Shown piece by piece: positions 42,441 to 56,061 of a DNA stretch of 64,000 bases; position 1 is the stretch's first letter, and each line of letters opens with the position of its first letter. Below the pieces are notes generated by a model. It searched no databases. It was given only the letters and a program-made list of their open reading frames with translations, and had not been told where the DNA came from. The position numbers and the translations under genes were made by a program. Location: the NCBI RefSeq assembly GCF_018977255.1, contig NW_024704742.1, positions 122,576,001-122,640,000 of the forward strand, in the 5' to 3' direction. This stretch comes from Callorhinchus milii. Its lineage: Eukaryota.

Positions 42441-43929
42441 AAAAAGCATTTACTGCTCCGTATATATTTTGTGGACAAAGGGAGGAAATGACATGTTTCC
42501 ATTTCGTAATATTGAAAAGCACTTTCCATATCTATGAGCATTTTAATTGTATGTATTGATCAAATCCTAGGACTGTAGGGATTTGGATAGTGTTATGTAA
42601 TCGTAATGCCTAAGGTCGTCATTGCAATATTCTCTGTGTTAAGTGCACTTTATGCTTTGTCAAAATATTCAAGGATTCCACTACCAAACTAACAAAAATG
42701 TGCCTTCTGTTACCTCATGTAATATGAAGCAAGACTTATATTATCAGTGCCTAAATGCTTAAACAATCTGCTGTTTAAATGATCAAATCTCTTTTCAATT
42801 TTAACTCAGCAATAATACTTGTGCTCTTCATGTTTGTATTACATAAAATGCTTTGATGGCATTGAATTCTTGAATAAACCCATCAAAATAGTAAGTAGTG
42901 CCTTAGTTACAATGTGCCTTATTCACTGTATGTTAACTGAATTATTGTTTGGTGCTTGCTATTCAAGTTTTTGGAAAAGAGATTATTAGGAAAATTGGGA
43001 AGTTAGGTGTAAGGGGAAATGCTAATAATCCTTGCATTTGCTATAGTGCCTTATCACTTGGCTGCCGCATTTGTCTTCAAATACACTGTCACTATATTTC
43101 CCAGTGAAATCCTGTAAAGCGTTTTGCAATGTCTTGACGATGTGATAAGGCGCTATATCAAATGCAAGGGTTATTATGGAGGAATAAGTCAGCAGGGAAG
43201 GCCATTGAAGCAGACAGTATAAATGGGTTCAAGAGATAAAAAGATGCAGTTCTAGATAGAAATGTCATCTAGGTAGTGAAATGAGGTGAGAAGGTAAATT
43301 GGGGTTGAGATTCAAAAGGACAAATTGCTGGAAATACCTGCCTTTTCCTGGTCCTAAAATGATTATGTTGTTATGTAAAGATTAATAGTAACACTCAATA
43401 TGTAGCACTTCATTTTTTCAATCTCTCCAGTAGGCTATTTGTTTAATTTATTTTCTCCTGAATGCATTCATCATGCTTATCCCCTCCACCTGCACAAAGA
43501 GGTGATCCTCAATGATCCTTCTTTTTTAAACAAGTTAACTGCTTGGTTTCCACATTTGACTTTGCTGTTTCCAAGCTCCTGCTGGAGATGTCTTGTTTGT
43601 TTCACAAACTCAAGATCACAAGATTGGTTCGTATCAAGAAGGCCCTTCAAGCCCTTCTGAACTCAGCCTTCCAACCTGTAAATATATATTTATTTTAGAA
43701 AAAATGCTGGTGTGTAATACATAAACAAATAAATGAAAGCTGGCTGCTTATAGAGCTCATATAAACTAATGAGTTTATATAAACTAAACTCATGATTTTG
43801 TCCTGAGCTACACAACATGACTCCACCAGGGATTAATAGCATTACAACAATCCTTTGCCCTCTGCAGCACACAGTGCACATAAGAATACAGCCAAATAAC
43901 TAGCAAATGATTAATAAAGACAGAAAATA

Positions 43930-44190
43930 ATCAGAATTTCTTTTACTTAGTTGTTGTGATGTGGAATGCCCTGTCAAGCAAGGTCCCCCTTCAAGCCTCT
44001 ATCTTTCATATGCCTGTCTACTTTCCTTTTGTTGGTTTCAAGAGGGAAGTAAACAGTTATATGAAAGATAGAGGCTTGAAGGGGGATGGGAATATGATGA
44101 GACAATGGGATTGAATGTACAATTTGCACTGAGAGCTGGTGCAGTTTTGATGAGCTGAATGGCCTCCTTCTGCCCTGTAAATTTCTACAA
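43930..44190 (+). mobile_element. CR1 3' fragment
   Basis: Shares tatatgaaagatagaggcttgaaggg and the 3'UTR with 4930-5212. Confidence 0.7.
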
Positions 44191-47100
44191 TTTCACAACT
44201 GCACATCAGATTTCTCAACATCTGAAAGAGAGATAAATTATAGATTTAGATGCAAAACTTTTTAACACTATTAGCAACTATTAAAATGAGAATAGTAACT
44301 GAACATCATTTCAAATAGAAACCGCAGAGTGACTGATTTGGTTAAATGTCTGTATCATTGGGTTGAAAAATACAACATTGATGATCACTGGTGATAGTTA
44401 TCACATTGTTGATAAAAGCAGACAAAAAAAGAGTCCGGTCAATAACTAAAGACTGCCAATGGTGTGACTCTATTTTGAAGAATCAGTACCATACCTAAGA
44501 AGTAGTTGGTTAAATATATACTTAACATTTAAATTGATGGTAATTGGAGGACAACTATTCTAATTGTGTGTTTGCTGGTGGAACAACCACATGCTGAATT
44601 TACAAGTTGCCTAAACACAAGTCACCTCACAAGATAATATAACGGTTCTGCCAAATATGGCAGTTGAATGCATTGAATGTATACTGTTGTGACTGCAATA
44701 TTAATGAGATGTTATTTCCTAAAGCAAAAATATGTAATGTTAAAGAAAAAACAATTGTAGAGCTTAGCTAAAAATACACAGCGTAACCTACGAATGAGAT
44801 TCAAGCACATAGGCATATTGCACCACTGTCTGGAACTCATATCCCTTGTCCTCACCCCCCCAACCGTTCACTACCTTTAAAACCAACCTTGAGACTATTC
44901 TTTTCAACCTTATTTTTGGTCACAATCCCCCCTCCCCCTGCTTCCCTCCCCTCAGGCTCCCAGTTGACTCTGTAAAGCACTTTGAGACGTCCTCCTGACA
45001 ATGAAAGGTGCAATATGAATATAAAATTGTTGTTGCATTGATGACTGAGTGGTGTTAGCGCTGAGGGTTACTTTCCAGAAAGGATCTTCCACTTGTGAAA
45101 CTATTTCTTTGTTAAAGTGAGGAGTCATTAACAATGCCTCCTGCAGAAATACTGCTTCAAGGTACACTGACAATCCTGGAATACAATACAGTATTCTGGC
45201 ACATTTGAAGCTTCACATTACTTATCCAAGTTGAAAGCAGAAAATCCCATTCAATTCTGCTGCAATCAAAAAGATTCAAAAGTGATATCTCAGCATTTAT
45301 GTGGGACCTTGCTCATCACATCCTGCATAGTATTAAATTACCAACCTATTGTTAATGCTATGGTTAACATTAAGAAAGAAAATGACTAATTGATACCACC
45401 TTGGTTTGAATCTTTACCAATATTTTATTCCAAAGTGTGCCTTTTCATTGGCAACCTATCATTAAGAGTAAAAGACATGCTATTTCACAATTACAGTATT
45501 GTATTATACAGACCTACACAAACACCTTTTGTAATTGTAACTACTGCAATATCAAAAGTATTACATTAGCAGCAGCTTGCTAATGTCATTCTAATGTAAA
45601 GGGTGAATTTCCAGTAAATCAGCCTAGAATGGAGTTTATTGTATATGCTGCATATGATTTACAGTATGTATTTGTTTTGTCAATCAGTGTTGGAGGCAAT
45701 CGGACTGAATATTAATGCAACTTATGCTTTATCTGGGAAAGATGGAAAGTTGCACTTTGAGCATAATTCATTAAAGTTCTTCCAGTGGGATATACTGTAG
45801 ACAGACAGAGCTGGATTACCAAAGCTAATGGGGCCACAGCTGGAACACACATGTGAAACACATTTTTTCCATTTGTTTCTTAGTTTAACCTGCAATTAAA
45901 AAACACAAACCATTGAAATATTAAAATAATATTTTACTTGGTAATAGCACATATGTAGTCTTCGACCTCTGCTCTACATAGAAAGGACAGATGCTCAAAG
46001 ACAGATAAAATAATAAAACAAAATGATTTTCTAATGGCCTAGTGATTAAAGGGACTGCATTATGGCAACACCCCAGGTTATACAGAGCAGCAGATTGCAG
46101 GTTTAATCCACTCTGTGCTGAGTTAGCTAATCACAGTAGTTGGAGGTGTTACAATTGACTTTGATGCTCTCTGAGTACAGTGCCAAAGAAAAGATGCTGC
46201 TGCATTTTAACGCATGGACACTTTTGTATTGCCTTAATTTTTCAGAAGATACCTTCTCTCAAGCATCTACACTTACCATCAGATCTCTGCACTGCAGTAC
46301 ACCTCAACAATTCCTATTTATAATCCACTTGGTCACTTCCAACAGGATAAAAAAAAACTGAACACCAGAAGCAAATTAAGACAACTATTTCTCAATGAAG
46401 TCACAAGTCAAGAACTGGGCTTTAATACAAAAATCTGTTACATTACACTGGTTTCTGCCTGACTCCATTTTCCTCCACATATTTCAGGTAACATATAACA
46501 TGCAGCATGTAACCTCCCATCTAAGATGAGTTCCAGCCACTTCTGTCAATTATTTATTTTTAAGCCAATTATTTTGCTTTCTTTCTCCCCCTCCATTCTT
46601 CTCCTGTGTTGACTTGGGCCATGGTACATTTCCACAGATTTGCTGCCGCTTTGGACCTACAAATACACAGTCACTACACTTAACCATAAATCGCTTTGAG
46701 ACGTTTCAATGCAATAGGAACAATATGAAAAGCAAGGATTATGTATTTGTTTGTTTATTAGTCCACAGAATGTGTGGGATTTTCTGTGAATTGGTAAATT
46801 TACCAGGCTTGCAGTCTGCCCTCATGATGGGAAAACCCTGTTATAACTGCATCCTGCCAAGTTTGGTACATTTATCAACCAGTGTTAGTTGGCTATTCAG
46901 TTGTTGGTGCAACACAACTGAGCCAAATTCTGCATTATATGTATAATCCTAACAATCCTTGCAATTGATCTAGTGTCTTTCGAATCAGAATGACGTCTCA
47001 ATGCACTTCACAGAATATTACAAAGTGCAGTTCCAATCTATTTTGTAGGCAATACTATCCAGCCATTTTATTGGATGATTAATACAGTTGCTAGGTCTAG

Positions 47101-49967
47101 GGAACAAATAGGAAAGGTGTATTCAGTATTACCTTACACACATTTAATAAAACACAACCTTCCTTCAAGCAAAATAGGACATGGTTGGATGCTTACCCAA
47201 TCTCAGGCTTGTTGGTTGAGATCCCTCACTGGGTAAGTCTGTTTCCAGTTCAGTTAATGAATGGCAAATTTCTAACATTTAGAGGTTTTGCTGGAGTGTA
47301 AAAAGAACTGGAGATCTATATAGTCATAAGGTTGAGATTCTTTGCTACTTCAAACAAAACTCCCATCATGTTTGGGCAAGTTACATCTCTAAGCAACGTG
47401 TAATCCATCAGTATCTCAAGTAGTTAATCGCTGCCAATAAATATGTTGTTTATCCAAGGCCAAGGCTGCTTTGTATTCTAAGTCAAACATCTTCTGGAGG
47501 TTGGATGAGATGGTGGTGGTGAAAAAAGTATGGGAAAAGAAAGAATAAACCACAAAACCAATAGAGCACCAAAAGAAAAGATATCTAAGCATTTAGCTGT
47601 CAGCCTGATTTAATTACCTGTAAATACAATGTGCAGGTTTAGAGACACTGGCTGCTGTGTATTGGGTAGCTGTAGCAACACATGTTAAGTCCAAATCACA
47701 GCTTGGTTGAAAGTTCCTGCCCTTAAGGGTTATGTTCAACTTTTTATTTTCATAGCCAAGCTGCTTTTGGGTAGCAAATAGGGAGAGAGCAGATATTGGC
47801 ACAACAGATCCCACTCTATATATAGAAAAACACCTCCTGTCACATAGATATTCATAACAATCCCATAGAGACACCCGAGTCCCTGACCACACAACCTTCA
47901 GTGTGTCTAACAGCAGGAGGTTAGCAGTGAGGATCTACAGTGAATAATTTGGGAAGGAATTGAAAAGAATGCCCACTTGTTATGGAACACGTTGGGATGG
48001 TTGTTTTCCTTTCATCTGCCCACCACCTAACTCCCTATGGCCTGGCTATTAGGACTAATAGCTTCCTTCATGGCTATTGTAAGAGACTCTGCCTGAAATC
48101 AGGTAACTCAGCACACACTAAATCTAGGGACTTCAACAGTTACTCCAGGCAGTGGCTCTCCATCATTCGGGGGAGCCTGGGGTGGCCTTTATGTCACTTC
48201 CAGAAGCAGCAAGTTAACTGGACTCCAGGAACATGGAAACAGGAGGAGGCCATTCCTCCTCCATTCCTTCAACCCTTTGAGCCTGTGCCGACTGTTTATT
48301 GGAACATGGCAGATCTTCTAATCCCTGCAGCTGTCTCCTAGTGCATTGGGTGTCATGCTTATCTATCTGTGCTTGGACCAACCTGTTAGTCACAAGCTTT
48401 ACATGACGCCAGTGGGCTTTTGACAATATTGGCCTGAATGCACAAAAGACTAATTTAAATTGGAGCACTGTTCACTGCAAACCACACCCCACCAAGGGTG
48501 TTGAAGCCAGACATAGCACTCCAACTGTTTGCCTTGAATGGCTGGTTTACTCCAAGCAGTTGCTCTACTGACAGCACTGGAGGAGTTTTCTACAGTGAAG
48601 GTTTCATGTCCTATAATTAAAGTTACAACACGGAGAGAATGGCATATGTGCAGTTTCCAGCAAGTGTTATGTTTGTCACTTTGCAAACATACCAAATTAG
48701 ATGTTTTTCAATAATTGTAATCAGAAGTTACCATTATTGCTTGAAATCTACTTTGTGAAATTAGAAACTCAATTTTGCATTACAGACATTACAATACCTG
48801 CGTATGTCATCAATATGGTGAAAATAATTACTATGGTGATCAAACAGCCTGTGATCATTTACTGTTATTGTTGACATATTTATTGTTAGCACAAATGATT
48901 CCAAGGCAGATATTGCAAGTAAATTGAAAACATTAGCTTGTGAAAAGATTAGCTTGTGAGTTACAGCAGCACAATTCTCACTGCATCCATATTCATTTAG
49001 CCCCAATTCTGCCATGACTACCAACAGAAACAGTGCTCTATTCAAATGTCTTCTTCCTTCCCAGTCAACTGTGTGTATCTCATTTTCCCTTATTTATGCA
49101 TATATGTCTCATAATTCTATCACCTACTGAGATAACTCTACAAAGATCTGACATGTTCTAACTAGATTCACCTCTGATGAGTTTGACTGGATCAGAGATT
49201 TAAGCAAAGTAAATATGTTTAGATTCACTTGGCCATTCAGTGTAAACAGAGGGTGAAAAACACTGCAGGGGAAACATAGACAAAGAGTCTAGAAAGGGAG
49301 GCCACCTTCATGTTTTTTTATCTTTTGTTTGCCAAATGGTCAACATAATGCTATGGAGAACATCTTTGCATTGCGGAAAATGTCCTTTTGACAATGTCAT
49401 GGAGTGTTATTGTGATGGAGGTATAATGTGATGGTTCCACTTTTCCACCACCGTTAATAAACAGAGCACCACTTTAAATAATTCTTTTAACCCACGCTCA
49501 ATATTTCCTATTAGATTTTCTGTGAACCAATGTAGAAGTATCTGTTCCTAATGAGATCAGAAACTAACAATATATGACTGTTGGTACATGTAATATACAG
49601 TTCATCTGAATGACTCTGTCTGTTGCTGTAGAACAGCAGACTGCACAGATGCAACTGCAAACGTTAAGTGTTATAATTTATCTGGTTTGCAGCTGAGGCG
49701 AGACAATTACATACCCTGAGGAGCCTGGTGTTTACACAAAAGAAATCTGCTCGCAGTGGCTGAAATTCCCAACCAGAGGCAAAGTAACTCCCCTTAGAGT
49801 GGTGCAAATAGTGAATCTCATTTCCTTCCTCCCAGTCAGGACTTTGAAACTCCCAGTTTAGGCTGTCTCTTCAGTCAGTGCTGGGGATGCATTACACTGT
49901 GGTGTCCTTTGGATGAAATGTTAAATGAAGTTTCTGTTTTGGCCAACATTCCCCCAGGTAAAATACT

Positions 49968-50717
49968 ACACAACAACAAAGTTACATTTGTATAATGCCT
50001 TTCACGTCGGAAGGATGTCCTAAGGCGCTGGACAGATAGAGTTATGGACCCGAGCTGAGGGTAGGGGTGGGGGAGGGGGGAGGGCAGTGGGGGAAGCAGG
50101 GAGTGGACGAGATGGAGGGACTGTGGGATGGAGTTCCAGAGGGTGAGTGCAGAATGACGAAAGGCCCATCCGCCAATAGTGGGGTGAGCAAGGCGGGGAC
50201 GTGAACCAGGCCGAAGCCCACTGAGAGGAGGATGGTAGGGGGTTAGGGGGTCGGAGAAGTAGGGGGGACCAAGGCAACCTGTAAGATCATGGAGGGCTTT
50301 GAAGGTGAGGATCAGGATCTTGAACTGTATCCTCTGTGTGATGGGAAACAGTGAAGTTGGGCAAGGATGGGGGTGATAGGGTGGCGGAGCCTGGTGCAGG
50401 AGAGGACACAGGCTGCAGAGTTCTGGATGATCTGCAGCCTGTGGAGGGAGGAGTTGTGGAGGCTGATGAGCAATGAGTTTGAATAGTTGAGCCTCGATGT
50501 AATGAAGGTGTGTATGCGGGTTTCGGTGGCCTGCAGTGTGAGATAATGTCGGAGCCGGGCGATGTTGCGGAGGTGGGGGAAGGCAGAGCGGGTCATGGCA
50601 CAGATGTGGAGTAGAAAGGATAGTTGAGGATCAAACAAGACCCTATGGTTCCGGACTGGCTCAGTGAGGTGAAGTGTGCAACCATGGATGGTGATGCTGT
50701 CAGCGCCTGAGGTGAGG
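49968..50717 (-). mobile_element. L2 3' fragment
   Basis: EPVRNHRVLFDPQLSF...SRLNYSNSLL...LQIIQNSAA; close to the 3890 and 21541 copies. Confidence 0.9.
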
Positions 50718-51204
50718 TGAATTGTCCTCATAACATGTAAAATAATGCAGAATCTTGAAAACATCTTAAATTGAGTCTTATTTTGAAGTTCTTAAGACAT
50801 TACAGTTTAAGGCAATGGTCTTGAGGTGAAGACCACAATGAATTTCAGGCTTCAGAATTCCTGGTATCAAGTGGGATCCTCTGAAAAGTGCAAATATACT
50901 GCTTCAGTGGTTTAACAATCAGGATTATGTTTGTATTCAAACCTTCAAAATGGGAATGACTGTATATTCTGGCAGCAGCCTGGAGACAATCTTGCTATCT
51001 AACGTAGAGTGTACATTCGATTCAATCAAATGAATGAAGGAGAATCCAATTATCTAGTGGGATACGTGTGAAAGAGCAGGGTTGGGTTATCTCATGGGGA
51101 ATGCTGTATTTACACTGACCCGAAGGAACAGTCTGGAGCAATGTATTCTCTTTCACAATGTCATAATTTATTGAAATTGTCATTGGGGAAGGTTGTTTGT
51201 CATT

Positions 51205-51840
51205 TCAAATAATAATAATTATCTTTGCATTTGATATGGTAGCACCTTTCACATCAGAAAGAAGCTCTTCACAAAATGTACTAGAAAGTGTAGTGACTGT
51301 GATTTGATGAATGAACACGGCAGCCAATTTGCACTCAGCAATAATAATAATAATCCTTGCATTTGAAATAGCGCTTTTCAAGTCTTCGAGACGTCTCAAA
51401 GCGCTTCACAGAATATACTGTAACGTGAATTGACTGTATATATTTGTGGGCAAAACGCGGCAGCCAATTATATACAGCAATGTCCCACAAACACTGGTGG
51501 ATTGAAGTGACCAATTTTTATTATTGTTTTATTTTCTGGAGGGATTATTATCAGGCTTATTATTATTATTAATCAATAATTATTTTTGGGGGGTTGTTGG
51601 CCAGGACCCCAGGAGAAGTTTCTCTTTTCGAATAGTGCCATGGGATCATTAACATCCACTTGAACAAGCTGATGGGACCTCAGTTTACGATCTCATTCAA
51701 AGGGCAGTATCTCTAACATCTCCACAACTGTATTGGAGTGTCATCTTAGCCCTGTGAGTTCAAAGTCCTGACTTGGGACTTGAACCCACAGCCTTATTGA
51801 TACACAGGTGAGAGTTCTATCAACTGAGTGAGGCTGACAT
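51205..51840 (-). mobile_element. Old Deu-domain SINE with a younger SINE nested at about 51340-51556
   Basis: Deu-like core at 51600-51720 and tRNA head at 51780-51840 in reverse complement; the younger SINE tail interrupts its 3' part. Confidence 0.75.
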
Positions 51841-52314
51841 TTCAAATTCAAATTGTTTGGAAAGGGTTGAGCTTCATAGCAACAACAACAACAACAACAA
51901 CTGTTCAAATAGCAACCGTTCAAATAGTAACCATTCAAATAGCCTGGAATAGATCTTTAATCTGAGACTGAATGGTATTATGAATTTGAACAGAGCTTGC
52001 ATTTAATTGTAATTTGCTTCAGACACCTCAGGCTGTCCAGCCCTGTAAGTGACTAGACACTTTGGATGCACATTAATTTCGTATTAACACCACCCACTCA
52101 CTGCTGGGAGGAGGTATGGATGATCTGTAAATATGCTTATGTAGGAGGCGCGTGACCTGTTTTCGAAAGAGCAGCTGTTAAAGCTGTGGCACAAGTCATG
52201 TGGTAGCAAAGAAAAGATTGCTTCAGTTCACTGGAATGCCACAATGCTGGTCCTCCTGGTCAAGCAAGTTCAGCGACCTGTGGAGCAGCAGGATGGGGAG
52301 AATATCTGGAGTCA

Positions 52315-53560
52315 TAGCTTGTTTCTCCCAATGCCCTTCCTCAGGGCTCTGTCCTCAGTCCCCTCCTCTTCACCCTCTACATGCTCCTCCTTGGTGACAT
52401 CATCCGCAGACATGGGGTAAATTTCCACATGTAATGGGATGACACCCAACTCTAACTCTCTGCCTCCACCCTCAACTCCAGGACTACTGGCGTCCTGACC
52501 GACTGCCTGTCCGACATCAAGTCCTTGATGAGGGACAACTTTCTCCAACTCAACGTCAGCAAGACATCAGAAAATTTTTCATGTGTCAGCAATGTAACCA
52601 CTGAGCTACAGACCGTGGAGTCCTGTAGCTCAGTGGTTAGAGCACTCGCTTTGCAAGCGAGACACCTGGGTTCACTTCCAGGCAGAGGGCCAAACCTTGG
52701 GCAAGTTTCCTTACTCCACACGCCTAATAATAATCCCTCCAAAACAAAACAATAATAAATTGGTCATTTTCAATCTATGACTGTTTGTGGGACATTGCTG
52801 TGCGCAATTGGCTGCCATGTTTCGCCCACAAATATACGGTCAATTCACTTTTCAGTACATTCTGTGAAGCGCTTTGTGAAGAAGACGTGAAAAGCGCGAT
52901 ATCAAATGCAAGGATTATTATTATTATTATTAAGAACAAGGCCCTCCAGATTGGCTCGCGCCAGCGCCTCTGCACCTCGGGCTCTGGCAGCATCAGCCTT
53001 CACGGCTGCACACTCATCCTCACGAAGCCAGTCAGGAACCTGGGTATCTTGTTTGACCCTGAACTGTACTTTCTCCCCCACATCCGCGCCATGACCGGCA
53101 CTGCCTATCACCACCTCCGCAACATTTCCAGACTCTACCAATACCACACCCCTCAGGATGCCGAAACGCTCAGCCACGCATTCGTCACATCAAGGCTCGA
53201 CTAGGGGAACTCCCTCCTCATCGGCCTTCCCAACTCTTCTCTTCAAAAGCTGCAGATCATCCAAAACTCTGCAGCTCGTGTACTCTCGCGCACCAGGCTC
53301 CGTGACCCCATCACTCCCACCCTCACCCGACTCTACTGGCTCTCCATCTCTCAGAGGATCGAATTCAAGATCCTCGTCCTCACTTTCAAGGCCATCCATG
53401 GCCTTGCCCCCTCCTACCTCTCTGATCTGCTGAATCCCTACCAACCTGCCCGCTCCCTCCATTCAGTGGGCTCCGGCCTGCTCCATGTCTCCCGCCCAAC
53501 TTGCCCTTCCATCGATGGCCGGTCTTTCAGCCTCTCTGCTTCCACACTCTGGAATTCCAT
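52315..53560 (+). mobile_element. L2 RT fragment interrupted by a SINE
   Basis: cctcagggctctgtcctc (PQGSVL), NFLQLNVSK | KPVRNLGILFDPEL, HAFVTSRLD, RIEFKIL. Confidence 0.9.
52615..52932 (+). mobile_element. Young tRNA-derived SINE (short subfamily)
   Basis: Full head with A/B boxes and anticodon-arm-like CTCGC-TTTGCAA-GCGAG; (TTA)n tail. Confidence 0.9.
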
Positions 53561-55739
53561 CTAATGATCTAGACCCATTTGTAAGGTCATTTACAGATAC
53601 CTTTATTCAACAACAATGACAATAACTTGCATTTTATACCATGCTCTTCACACGGGGGGTAGCATCCCGGAGCGCTTTACAGTGGCAGAGCTGACCCCGA
53701 ACAAGAGGGTGAGGGAGGGGGAAGGTGACTGTAAACACGATCAAAAAGGAAGGTCTTTAGGCGGGATTTGAAAGTTGGGATAAATATTTGGTGCTGGCAC
53801 TTTTAAGCTTGTGTCCAGCATTAAGCTTGGGAACACCAAAAAGGATCAAGCAGAATGAAGGTTATTTTATTCGCAACAATCATCTCTGTCAATGTATATA
53901 GAGGGAACATTGCCAGTGCAGTGAAGAGTGAGGCGATATTCCAAGTCTTCTTGCTGAGGTTTTGCTTTGAAGTCAGTTGATGCAATCCAAATGTGAATTC
54001 CAAGGATTAAGACGTTCTAAGAAGGCGCCAGTCACTTTCCTAAATACAGAAGATTGGAGATTGAGTAACCCAGGGCCTCCTGTCCACATTCCCAAACAAT
54101 TGGCTCAGAAATGGCATTGGTAAAGAGTAGGCAAGAGACCCTCTGAATCATGGAATGTTCTTTGCAGAAGACTAGAAAGGAAGGAGGGCAATTAAGTGAA
54201 TGATCATAATGATTATAATTATAATAATAATAATCCTTGCATTTGATATAGCACTTTACCATGTCATTAAAACGTCTCAAAGCCCTTCACAGAATTTACT
54301 CTAAAGTGGATTGACTGTATTTTGTGGGCCAATTGCGCACAGAAGTGTCCGATAAATAGTCGTGGATTGCCTGACCATTCATTATTTGTTTTTTTGGAGG
54401 GATTGTTATCCCCATAAAGTGAGGTAAACAGGCATATGAAATAAGGAAACTTACCTAAAGTTTTGCCCCGCCCGGATTACTACCTGCAGATTGAGGACAT
54501 ATCGACATATTTGAAAAGAGAAAGGAGATGCTCCGGTGTCCTAATCAACAATCCCCCAGATAAAATTGATAATTTGCCTCATGTCTGCTTGTTGGACGTT
54601 GCTGTGTGCAATCCCCACAAATTAGACAGTGACTGCACTTCACAGCTAATCCTGTGAAGTGCTTTGAGACGTCCTCCCGACATGAAAGGTATCACATCAA
54701 ATGAAAGGATTATCTATTTAAAAATACTGCTGTCCTTTGAAAGGGGCATACAAGTCTATGAATTGCTCTGGTATCTTAAACACCGTATTATAAATGTTAT
54801 CTGAATACTTTTAATAAGAAGAATCTTTGAGCAAGGTATTGGAAGGCTGCTATTGCCTGATGGATCTATTCCAGCAAGTTAGCACCTTTAGGAAGGGAGG
54901 AGAGAAAATTGGAGGGTGGGGCAACTGAAAAGTATAATGGAACTTACTTGCCTTTTAAGAGTTCAACAAACAGACCATGGGAAAGCTAATGAATCTGAGG
55001 GGAATGATTCATTTCCTGCTCCTTACTCCCACCTTCAGCTGATGCTGCAATCAAGTGGCAGTGGGGTACGAAATGAAAACTCACTATGAAATGGTGCATT
55101 TTCACAACCCACACTGAGTTAGAAAGTTAAGTGTGTGCAGAAATAGTCTTAAATTGGCCAGGAAACATTTCTTCACACACAGGGTTGTGAAGATGTGGAA
55201 TGCTCTGACCCAGAAAGCTATAGAGGAGAATATAATGGGATGTTTAAAGAGAGCATAATACTTGGGTAGTAGAGGCAGTAATGGAGCATGGGGTTTAAAA
55301 GATCTGCCAAAATCTAATAAACTGGCGGACAGCTCCAAGGGTTGAATGGCCATCTCCTGCTCCTGTTTCCCTGTGTTTCCCAATTCAGACTTTAATTGGA
55401 AGCCCATTTGTCACCGTTCCCAAATGGAACTGCTCGAGGTCAGCTTCAAAATGAAGATTGAATTGAAGTTTTATTTTCCCCCAAATTCTGCAAATCTTAA
55501 TATGTAAGTCAATGGTCTTCAGTCTAAGACAAGAGAAATGTCATGGCCCTTTTTTGTAGTATGTTGTGCTAAAACCCAAATAAAATTATAAGTTATTACT
55601 ACAGCGCAATCCAGACACAATGCTTTTCACTTTAACACCTCTCTTTCTATTGGTGTTAGGGCGCAGTGAAATGAGCATCATTATGTTTATCCCAGAGGTA
55701 CAACAGCCTTGCAGCTTGTTCTCAGTCTGCTGGGGCATC

Positions 55740-56061
55740 ATAATAATAATAATAATCCTTACATTTGATATAGCGCTTTTCAGGTCGGGAGGACGTCCCA
55801 AAGCGCTTCACAGAATATACTGTAAAGTGAATTGACTGTATATTTGTGGGCGAACGCGGCAGCCAATTGCGCACAGCAATGTCCCACAAACAGTCATAGA
55901 TTGAAAATTACCAATTTATTATTGTTTTTGGTTTTGGAGGGATTATTATTAGGCGTGTGGAGTAAGGAAACTTGCCCAAGGTTTCGCCCTCTGCCTGGAA
56001 TTGAACTCAGGTCTCTCGCTTGCAAAGCGAGTGCTCTAACCACTGAGCTACAGGACTCCAC
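55740..56061 (-). mobile_element. Young tRNA-derived SINE (short subfamily)
   Basis: Near-identical to 1927-2247; possible ATCATA target-site duplication. Confidence 0.9.

Noticed and set aside
52615..52690. tRNA-Ala(TGC)-like sequence with A/B boxes (also at about 2175-2247, 19980-20048 and 55990-56061)
   Set aside because: Always fused to the same SINE body and (TTA)n tail, with no proper acceptor stem or Pol III terminator; these are SINE heads, not tRNA genes
53790..54200. Coding-looking stretch that might be a pseudogene or LINE relic (similar impression at 47700-47900)
   Set aside because: No motif I could identify with confidence in any frame; needs a translated database search
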